64,000 bases of DNA, taken from NCBI GenBank assembly GCA_963674705.1, contig OY771506.1, positions 5,056,001 to 5,120,000 on the forward strand, given 5' to 3'. Below, one piece after another: positions 56,726-64,000 of this stretch (positions are counted from its first letter, which is position 1; every line of letters begins with the position of its first letter). The stretch comes from Phycisphaeraceae bacterium (GTDB taxonomy: Bacteria > Planctomycetota > Phycisphaerae > Phycisphaerales > Phycisphaeraceae). The position numbers and the translations under genes were made by a program. The notes under the pieces are model-generated. The model worked only from the letters and a program-made list of their open reading frames with translations. It did not search any database and was not told the DNA's origin.

Positions 56726-57712
56726 ATGAGCACTACAAGCGAACAGGGACGGGCCTTTCTGCACGGCAAGACCTACGACAACATCATCGACACGGTCTCG
56801 AACACCCCCCTGGTCAAACTCCGGCACCTTGCACCGAAAGACGCAACCGTGCTGGTCAAATGCGAATACTTCAACCCGATGGCGAGTGTGAAGGACCGCA
56901 TCGGTAAGGCCATGATCGAGGCTGCGGAGCGTGACGGTATCCTGAGCAAGGATACGCATATCATCGAACCGACCAGCGGCAACACGGGGATCGCGTTGGC
57001 GTTTGTGTGTGCGGCGAAGGGGTACAAGCTGACACTGACGATGCCGGAGTCGATGAGTGTGGAACGGCGGGCGCTGTTGCGGGCGCTGGGTGCGGATCTG
57101 GTGCTGACCCCCGCTGCCGACGGCATGAAAGGCGCGATCAGCAAGGCGGCAGAACTGGTCAGCACGACAGACAACGCGTGGATGCCCCAGCAATTTGAGA
57201 ATCCCGCCAACCCGAAGGTGCATTACGAAACCACCGGGCCGGAAATCTGGAACGACACGGACGGCAAGGTCGACATGATCGTCACCGGCGTCGGCACAGG
57301 CGGGACGATCACGGGGATTACACGCTACTTCCGCGAACGCAACGAAGACTTCCAGGCGCTTGCGGTTGAACCTGCTGAATCCCCAGTGATTACGCAAACG
57401 CTCGACGGCGATCCGATCAAGCCGGGGCCGCACAAGATCCAGGGCGTCGGCGCCGGTTTCGTCCCGGCGAACTGCGACATGATGCTGCTCAACGGCACGG
57501 AACGCGTCACGAGCGAAGAAGCGTTCCAATGGTCGCGCCGTGCGGCGCAGCAGGAAGGGATCTTCGGCGGGATCAGCACCGGCGCGAACATCTGCGCCGC
57601 GTGCCGAGTTGCATCGCTACCTGAAAACAAGGGCAAAACGATCGTCACGATCGCGTGCAGCTTCGGCGAACGCTACCTGTCAACGCCTTTGTTTGAAGGA
57701 TTGACAAGCTGA
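56726..57712 (+). CDS. cysK: Cysteine synthase A
   Basis: NPMASVKDR, EPTSGNTG, GVGTGGTITG, PHKIQGVGAGF, SFGERYLST. Confidence 0.95.
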   Translation: MSTTSEQGRAFLHGKTYDNIIDTVSNTPLVKLRHLAPKDATVLVKCEYFNPMASVKDRIGKAMIEAAERDGILSKDTHIIEPTSGNTGIALAFVCAAKGYKLTLTMPESMSVERRALLRALGADLVLTPAADGMKGAISKAAELVSTTDNAWMPQQFENPANPKVHYETTGPEIWNDTDGKVDMIVTGVGTGGTITGITRYFRERNEDFQALAVEPAESPVITQTLDGDPIKPGPHKIQGVGAGFVPANCDMMLLNGTERVTSEEAFQWSRRAAQQEGIFGGISTGANICAACRVASLPENKGKTIVTIACSFGERYLSTPLFEGLTS

Positions 57713-57823
57713 ATGTGAGAGCCGCTCCCATCGGACTCAACCGGTATTGCTGGTATCACATTAGTTGAAGATATTAGCGACAAGTCATCCGTAATATGTA
57801 TCAACAATTAACAGAGCTATACC

Positions 57824-58843
57824 ATGGAATACCGTTATCTCGGCAGAACCGGCATCCGCGTCAGTCCCTTGTGCCTGGGGTGTATGACCTTCGGCGGCAA
57901 GACGCTCAGTAATGATGCGGCAGACATGATCGATCGCGCGCTCGATGCGGGGATTAACTTCTTCGATACGGCGAACGTGTACGTCGGCGGCAAGAGTGAA
58001 AAGGCCGTCGGCAAGGCGTTCAAACGCAACGGCAAACGTGACCGGATCGTGCTGGCGACCAAGTGCCACGGCAATATGCATAAGGATAATCCGCTGGACC
58101 CCAACCGCTGGGGCAACTCACGAAGGCAGATCGTCGAGCAGTGCAACGCTTCTCTTAAACGACTCAAGACCGACTGGATCGATCTGTATCAGATACACCG
58201 GCCGCACGTGGACTGCCCGATCGATGAGACGCTGCGTGCGCTGGATGATCTTATCCGTGCGGGCAAGGTGCGATACATCGGCTGCAGCACGTTCGCGGCG
58301 TGGCAGGTGATGGAATCCTTCTGGGTTTCCGATCGGTATAACCTGAACCGCTTCGTCACGGAGCAGCCGCCCTACAACCTGCTGGATCGGCGGATCGAAC
58401 GCGAACTGGTCCCGATGGCGCAGACCTACGGCATGGCGCTGATCCCGTGGTCACCCTTGGCGGGCGGTTTCCTGACGGGTAAGTATCAGCGGAACGCGCA
58501 GCCGAGCGAGGGGCGTTATGCGGGCGATGACCGGAACCCCCGCGCCGATGAGATGCTCGCCAATGAACGGGCGCATGACATCGTCGACAAGCTGCGCGAG
58601 ATGTCTGCCGCCAAGGGTTGTTCGGTGAGTCAGCTTGCGCTGGCGTGGTGCATGCATCAGCCGGCGATCACCAGCCCGATCATCGGCCCGCGCACGATGG
58701 AACAACTCAACGACAACCTCGCGACGCTCGATGTCGAAGTGACGGATGAGGATCGCAAGGCATTTGATGAGCTATGCCCGCCCGGCCGCGCGGTGTATAC
58801 GTATTACGAAGCGAGCTTCGGACCGCATCCGCACCGGTGGTGA
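57824..58843 (+). CDS. Aldo/keto reductase
   Basis: LGCMTFG, FDTANVY, LATK, DLYQIH, PWSPLAGGFLTGKY. Confidence 0.93.
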   Translation: MEYRYLGRTGIRVSPLCLGCMTFGGKTLSNDAADMIDRALDAGINFFDTANVYVGGKSEKAVGKAFKRNGKRDRIVLATKCHGNMHKDNPLDPNRWGNSRRQIVEQCNASLKRLKTDWIDLYQIHRPHVDCPIDETLRALDDLIRAGKVRYIGCSTFAAWQVMESFWVSDRYNLNRFVTEQPPYNLLDRRIERELVPMAQTYGMALIPWSPLAGGFLTGKYQRNAQPSEGRYAGDDRNPRADEMLANERAHDIVDKLREMSAAKGCSVSQLALAWCMHQPAITSPIIGPRTMEQLNDNLATLDVEVTDEDRKAFDELCPPGRAVYTYYEASFGPHPHRW

Positions 58844-58856
58844 TTTTACGTTCTTA

Positions 58857-59105
58857 CTGCGCTCGGCGCTGATTTCTTGACCCCCTCTCCCCTCGGGAGC
58901 CCCCGGATATGGTTGGGGTGAGGGCCAGTGACCTTACGCGAACGTCTTCAATTTATAAGCACAATCAACCCAGCCCTCATCCCGGCCTTCTCCCGAGGGG
59001 AGAAGGTGTTAGTTTGCTCGCTTCTTACACGTGTTCGTAGTCTCATGGTTTGGAGACCTTCGGTCATGTGTTTCGGCGGGGTCGGGAGACCCGCGCCAAG
59101 CGCAG
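58857..59105. repeat. Family E doublet nested within a family H inverted pair
   Basis: Degenerate H' 58857-58884, E doublet 58881-59006, H 59051-59105. Confidence 0.8.
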
Positions 59106-59173
59106 CGCAGTTTGAAGGTTGTGCAGAAGCGTGGATTGCTGAAGCAACCACGCCGGATTTGGGCGAGAGGGAG

Positions 59174-59884
59174 TTAGTTATCCAGAAGTTCGAACAGCGG
59201 TGTCGGATCGGACAAGTCGTTGACGACGATGTCCGCGCCGGCGGCATGAAGTTCTTCCGCGGGGGTTCGTCCTGTGGCGACGGCGAAGGCGGTGCAGCCG
59301 TGGGACTTGGCACAATCGACGTCGTGCGGGGTGTCGCCGATGATGACGATGCGCTGCGGATCGGGTTCGGTCTGCGTCATGTCCTGGTAGCGGCGCATCG
59401 CCAATTCTGTCAGACCCGGTCGCGACGGGGCTTCGTCGCCGAAGCATCCCATGGTGAACCAGTCTCGCTGTAAGCCTGCGGCTTCGATCTTGATCTTGGC
59501 GGTTTCGGCGTAGTTGCCGGTGAGCAGGCCGAGCATGATGTCGTCTTGCGTTTGGATGCGCCGGCGCAGTTGATCGATCAGCTCAGGGATACCCGGCAGC
59601 GCATCGACCTTGTGACCTTGTTCATGGATCAGGCGTTTGAGTTCACGCCCGTATTCAAGGCGGAAGTCGTCGTGCTTTTGCGATGCATCATGATCGCAGT
59701 TGGCGATTGCATCGGCGAAGATGAGCGGGTCGAGCCTGCCGCCGAAGGATATGCCTTCGAAGGAGAAGCCATCGCCGCAGACTTTCTCGCCCGCAGTGCG
59801 CATCGCGACCTGACCGATGCCGCGTGCATTGACGAGGGTAAGATCGATATCAAAGAGCAGGAGCGTGTGCCGCATCGTACTCAT
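59174..59884 (-). CDS. HAD-family hydrolase (phosphoglycolate phosphatase-like)
   Basis: LLFDIDLTL, LLTGN, IIGDTPHD, AVATG; GGGAGG RBS. Confidence 0.88.
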   Translation of the reverse strand: MSTMRHTLLLFDIDLTLVNARGIGQVAMRTAGEKVCGDGFSFEGISFGGRLDPLIFADAIANCDHDASQKHDDFRLEYGRELKRLIHEQGHKVDALPGIPELIDQLRRRIQTQDDIMLGLLTGNYAETAKIKIEAAGLQRDWFTMGCFGDEAPSRPGLTELAMRRYQDMTQTEPDPQRIVIIGDTPHDVDCAKSHGCTAFAVATGRTPAEELHAAGADIVVNDLSDPTPLFELLDN

Positions 59885-59923
59885 TTGCGCATTGCCTCCC
59901 ACTGCGATGCATTATCATGAAAA

Positions 59924-62419
59924 TCAAGGTAACCAGGGCAGATCCTGCGAAGGCGTCGTCTCAACAGGCGCCAGTGGGTCCACCGACGGAACCGGAGCGT
60001 TTTCGCCCGTTTGGCCTTGCGCCTCGGCGGCAAGCTTGGCGTCTTCCTCGAAACCGGTCTTCATCGCCTGCGCGAAGGTGCGGATCGTCGGATTGTCATG
60101 ACGGATCGCATCGGTGAGAGCCGGTGAATCAGCACCTCTGGCGTTCATGACCAGGTAAATGATCCTGACCATGGGGTCGTCACTCCGCGATGCCAGATCG
60201 ATCACGCGTTGGGACACCGGCTCGCCGCTCTCATCGGGGAGCATGAAACGAACGGTCCAGGCTTTGAGTTTGCTGTCGAAGCTTGGATAGCGCTGCGCGA
60301 TCATGTCACGCACCTTGGCGCGGAAGTCGGCGGCTTCGGTGGATTCTGTGGGTTGATTGGCGATGACCAGCAGCCGGGCGATCGCCAGTGCACGGACAGC
60401 CGGATCGGTGCCATCCACATCTTTCATCCAGAGTTGCAGGTTGCTGGGTGTGGCGGGCATGGCACGCGCGAGTAAGGAACTGGCGTTGACAGTTGAACCC
60501 AACGGGCCCGGCAAGATCCCGCCGTTCGGAGTCGGGCGGGGGTCAAGCATCGCGATGGCGGAGAACGTAATGGGTTCGGTGGGATACATCGCGGTGAGTT
60601 GGCCCATGTCAAAACGGTCCAACCGGATATCAACGGTGATCGCGTGGCCGGGTTGCAGCGTCAGGCGCCGACCCATGTTGAAGAAGGTCGGTGAGGTACG
60701 GCCCTTTGGTTCGTTGCGGATCGAGGGCATACACATCACCATCAACGGGGCATTGACCGCGCCACCCTGACCGATGGATAGCGGCAGCCGTGTGGCGTTG
60801 AGCATGGTGACGGTCGCCTTCATCGGTTGCAGGTAACCGAAGGAGCCGGGCGAGACGGTCAGTCGCGTACGGATCCAGGGCGAAACCGTCAGGGCCGGTG
60901 TCCAGAGCTGGCGTGAAACGCCGTCCACGAGCACGCGAAGTGACACGCCCTGGCTGGTGGGCGTGATAGGTTTATCCATCTGGTGCAGCCGACGGGCGGC
61001 GACGATCGCGCCCATGGATGTCGGTGCGTCCCAAATCATCTGCTGGTAGGCTTGGGCTTTTTCTTCCTCAGTCAAGTCGGACAGTGAAGCCAATCCCAAG
61101 CGAGCGAACATCTCATCCGGACCAAGTGATTCGAAGATGGAACGTGCTGCCTGGGCATCGCCGTTGCGTAGCGCCAACCAGCCCGAGGCGAGCTTGGCAT
61201 AAGTGTCATCCGAGCCGAGCGCATTGATGCGCTGCTGAACCCAGGCAGCGTCCTGGTCGAAGACAGCGCCGATCCAGACCAGTTGCCGCAGCAGTTCGCC
61301 GCGTTGTTCGGGGTCTTCAACCGCTGCGGAGCTTTCCTGAAGACGATTGAAAGATTCTTCCGCGGCTACCGGGTTGTCCTTGTACATGAGGATCAGCCGG
61401 GCAAACTCGAGCGTCGTCGGCAACGGCGGCAGGTCTTCCAGTGAGGGCGGCTCCGGTTCCATGTTCTCATCAAGCGTCTGGTCCGGGTTCTGAGCGTCGG
61501 CCAACTGCTTCAAGAACATCTGCAGTTCCAGGAGCAACGGCGGGACTTCGTCTTCCCGGCCTGATGCGATCAGGCAAAGCGTGTACTGCGTCAGCAGTTC
61601 CAATCGCGTTTGCATATCGACCAGGTCCATCGAGAAGTCGTACTGGTCCAGGGCTCTGTCGTAGACGGCTTCCTGCATCAGCAAATGAGCCAGTGCAACA
61701 CGAACGGACGGATCAACCGGGCTTGCGCCGAGCAGATTGACCAGCGCCGCGCCCTGCTGACGGGAACTGCCGTTGCGATCGATAGTGAGTTGGTACATCA
61801 TGCGCGCTGCGATGGGATTGACCGGATCAAGCTTGAGCGCGTAGACCAACCATTCGGCAGATCGGTCGTTATCACCGACTTCCTGCGCAGCTTGTGCCGC
61901 CAACGATGCGAGCCGTGACCGCAGCGGAGCCGAGAGGGAACTGGCGCCTTCGGCACGCAGCAATCGCTCGACGGCCTCGAGGTAAGAATCGACCGATTCG
62001 ATTTTGCTGAGCCGTGCCTGGATCATTTCAAATTGTGCCACATCGTCTTCCGGAACCAGACGTGTGTATTGCTTGAGCGAATCGATCAGCAGGTCGGTGT
62101 CTTGCATGCCCTTGGCGAGAGAGGCCTTCAATTCCCAGATGCCGACATCGTCGGGGGCTAGCTCGGTCGCCATGTCCAGCAGGATGCGGCCCCGCTGCAA
62201 CTGATCGGGCCTGGCATCGGCCACACCACCGAAGGACATCCACGCCATGGCCATGAGCTGGTCCGCGAGCATCTGCTCGGTGGATACGGATTCGGGGAAC
62301 TCCAAAGCCTGTGCTTTGACGGGGCTGGCGAACCACCCGCAAGCCATCGCCGAGAGCATGAAGAAAAGCCCGGTCCAGGCCTTGAGGGATGAGGTCTTGG
62401 TACGTTTGGTCTGGATCAT
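59924..62419 (-). CDS. Secreted TPR-like helical-repeat protein
   Basis: Signal peptide; ATELAPDD, ALKLDPVN, LGASPVD TPR-like turns. Confidence 0.72.
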   Translation of the reverse strand: MIQTKRTKTSSLKAWTGLFFMLSAMACGWFASPVKAQALEFPESVSTEQMLADQLMAMAWMSFGGVADARPDQLQRGRILLDMATELAPDDVGIWELKASLAKGMQDTDLLIDSLKQYTRLVPEDDVAQFEMIQARLSKIESVDSYLEAVERLLRAEGASSLSAPLRSRLASLAAQAAQEVGDNDRSAEWLVYALKLDPVNPIAARMMYQLTIDRNGSSRQQGAALVNLLGASPVDPSVRVALAHLLMQEAVYDRALDQYDFSMDLVDMQTRLELLTQYTLCLIASGREDEVPPLLLELQMFLKQLADAQNPDQTLDENMEPEPPSLEDLPPLPTTLEFARLILMYKDNPVAAEESFNRLQESSAAVEDPEQRGELLRQLVWIGAVFDQDAAWVQQRINALGSDDTYAKLASGWLALRNGDAQAARSIFESLGPDEMFARLGLASLSDLTEEEKAQAYQQMIWDAPTSMGAIVAARRLHQMDKPITPTSQGVSLRVLVDGVSRQLWTPALTVSPWIRTRLTVSPGSFGYLQPMKATVTMLNATRLPLSIGQGGAVNAPLMVMCMPSIRNEPKGRTSPTFFNMGRRLTLQPGHAITVDIRLDRFDMGQLTAMYPTEPITFSAIAMLDPRPTPNGGILPGPLGSTVNASSLLARAMPATPSNLQLWMKDVDGTDPAVRALAIARLLVIANQPTESTEAADFRAKVRDMIAQRYPSFDSKLKAWTVRFMLPDESGEPVSQRVIDLASRSDDPMVRIIYLVMNARGADSPALTDAIRHDNPTIRTFAQAMKTGFEEDAKLAAEAQGQTGENAPVPSVDPLAPVETTPSQDLPWLP

Positions 62420-62458
62420 TAGTCTTGCACTCCGTGCCCTGGCAAAGCGTTGATTATC

Positions 62459-62758
62459 TCAGATCGGCGTGCCGGTCCAAAATGACCAGAACGCCAGCGG
62501 CGCCCAGCCGATGAAGACCAGGGCCGTGGTCAGTTTCAAATATCCCGTCACCATCGGTGACGCCCCCGGTACTAGATCGTCCGCAACCAGGCGCATCAAT
62601 ACGTAAAGCCCGGCTGTAAATGGTCCTACGGCCAATATCGGCGATATGTTCTCTCGAAGCCACAACCCGCTGATCACCCCCAGACCCGATAAGCCTAGCC
62701 CCAAGAAACATTTAGCCGCTCTCAAGGCCGTTCGCCCTGATTTCGGGGCGTTTTTCAT
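62459..62758 (-). CDS. Small hypothetical membrane protein
   Basis: Three hydrophobic segments; tightly packed downstream of trpA. Confidence 0.6.
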   Translation of the reverse strand: MKNAPKSGRTALRAAKCFLGLGLSGLGVISGLWLRENISPILAVGPFTAGLYVLMRLVADDLVPGASPMVTGYLKLTTALVFIGWAPLAFWSFWTGTPI

Positions 62759-62767
62759 GGGTTTGCC

Positions 62768-63574
62768 TCAGCCGGGTTCTAAACCCTGGGCCAACTCCTT
62801 TGTGAACGTCCCCACCACTTCTACGGCTTTATCTTCGCCTTGATCGCGGACTTCTGCAATCCGACGCATCATGCCCGAGCCCACGATCACCGCGTCCGAT
62901 ACGGATACGACCTGCCTGACGTGCTCGGCCGAGCTGATACCGAAACCCACGGTCATGGGCAGGTCAGTCACCGCTCGCAGCTTCTTCAGACGGGCGGGCA
63001 GTTCGGGGGGGAGTTCAGTCTGTTCACCGGTGATCCCGGCTCGGGAAACGACGTATACAAAACCGCTGCTGGCCCTGGCGATCTCGGCCGCCCGGTCGTC
63101 CGGCGTGGTCGGGGCGATCAACATGCTCAGGATCATTTCCGCTTTGGCGACCGCCTCACGGGCTGGCCCCGAAGCCTCGACCGGCAGGTCCGGGAAGATA
63201 AACCCGTCAAACCCCGCATTCTTGGCGTCCTGCACGAACTTCGTGAGCCCGAAACGGTGAACAATCGAGTAGCTGACCATCGCGACCAGCCCGATCTCGA
63301 GCTTCGGCCGCTGCCTGGACACCATCTCAAAGATGTCGCCGACCTTCAGCCCGTGATCGAGGGCATAAGTCATCGACGCCTGGATCACCGGCCCGTCCGC
63401 GATCGGATCGGAAAAGGGAATCCCCAGTTCACAGATCGACGCCCCAGCCTCCTGCACCACTTCGAGCATCCGCCCCGTCGCAGCAATAGTCGGGTCCCCC
63501 ACCGTCAGGTAAGGCATCAATGCCTTACCGCTACCCGCCCGTAAATCCTGAAATATGCGGTCGATTCGATTCAT
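62768..63574 (-). CDS. trpA: Tryptophan synthase alpha chain
   Basis: ELGIPFSDPIADGPVIQ, PDLP, APTT, GFVYVVS..GITG, VGFGIS. Confidence 0.96.
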   Translation of the reverse strand: MNRIDRIFQDLRAGSGKALMPYLTVGDPTIAATGRMLEVVQEAGASICELGIPFSDPIADGPVIQASMTYALDHGLKVGDIFEMVSRQRPKLEIGLVAMVSYSIVHRFGLTKFVQDAKNAGFDGFIFPDLPVEASGPAREAVAKAEMILSMLIAPTTPDDRAAEIARASSGFVYVVSRAGITGEQTELPPELPARLKKLRAVTDLPMTVGFGISSAEHVRQVVSVSDAVIVGSGMMRRIAEVRDQGEDKAVEVVGTFTKELAQGLEPG

Positions 63575-63667
63575 AGACTGGTAAGGATACGGCGGGTTAA
63601 GCAAAGCGGCAATCGAGCTGATTGTGTGGGCAACAAGCCAGCTATTCGATAGTGAAACATTAAGTAG

Positions 63668-63874
63668 TACCCCGAAGGGGTAGCGGAATGTAGCCACGGG
63701 TGAAGCGCAGCAACCCGTGGATATGAATATATTTTACTTCTCAATCCGCCCCGGCAGGGGTGGCGGAACAACACCTTCACCCCTACCGGGGTGAATACCA
63801 TCAGGCTACTTCCCTTCCACGGGTTGCTCTGCGCTTCACCCGTGGCTACAACCCTGCGCCCTTTCGGGGCGGTA
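63668..63874. repeat. REPIN-like inverted-repeat element (family I)
   Basis: TGTAGCCACGGGTGAAGCGCAG..CAACCCGTGGA (63689-63721) is inverted at 63816-63850; flanking and internal CCCC-NN(N)-GGGG hairpins. Confidence 0.85.
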
Positions 63875-63880
63875 TTTTGC

Positions 63881-64000
63881 TTACTCTTCGTTCCTTCCAA
63901 ACAACTTCAAGATACTCTCATACGGCACGGTGTTGTAGAAGGTCATCTGTAGGTTTTTTTGTTCGCCGTTTTCGGTGTTGTAGTAGACGCTGTCGGTGGT
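63881..64000 (-). CDS. 3' end of a CDS entering from beyond the window (partial)
   Basis: Open frame TTDSVYYNTENGEQKNLQMTFYNTVPYESILKLFGRNEE-stop. Confidence 0.55.
   Translation of the reverse strand, partial: TTDSVYYNTENGEQKNLQMTFYNTVPYESILKLFGRNEE

Noticed and set aside
55060..58843. tpx, cysK and the aldo/keto reductase as a sulfur/redox operon linked to otr
   Set aside because: The genes are divergently arranged common housekeeping genes more than 50 kb from otr, and no shared operator was seen.
58928..59473. 181-aa and 121-aa ORFs across the E/H cluster
   Set aside because: They are composed of repeat sequence plus shadow or alternative frames of the HAD gene.
63571..63900. 109-aa ORF and N-terminal extension of trpA
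   Set aside because: Derived from the family I repeat; TrpA homology begins at MNRID (63574).

Overview
GC-rich bacterial chromosomal window, most likely Planctomycetota (Phycisphaerae-like). That assignment is inferred from LEPRxLLS N-terminal motifs, many PEP-CTERM proteins, dockerin-like GDxxxDGxVGLDDLD modules and scattered housekeeping genes. It holds about 50 CDS and two tRNAs (Glu-TTC, Val-TAC). Housekeeping genes are nuoA, thyA-folA, cdsA, infC (probable ATC start), argC, tpx, cysK and trpA. Accessory content includes an octaheme tetrathionate-reductase-type cytochrome with cytochrome b and a divergent ArsR regulator; a GH32 + HAD phosphatase + mannosylfructose-phosphate-synthase-like cluster next to a secreted AGE-family epimerase; many surface proteins; an AT-rich DUF4238-like gene; and a small-protein/nucleotidyltransferase pair. 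No integrase, transposase or CRISPR array is visible. The most unusual signal is non-coding: at least ten families of short inverted-repeat (REP/REPIN-like) elements, labelled A-K here. They occur as doublets, nest inside one another (best example 48720-49225, order A-B-C-D/D'-C'-A'-E-C'-B'-A'), several share a TAGCCRC end, they sometimes supply gene stop codons, and one family brackets a two-gene cassette as direct repeats. Other notable items are a stranded GH43 3'-end remnant, in-frame tandem-repeat insertions in thyA and folA, and a possible dockerin/scaffoldin-like surface system. All family assignments come from motif recognition by eye; no database search was run.
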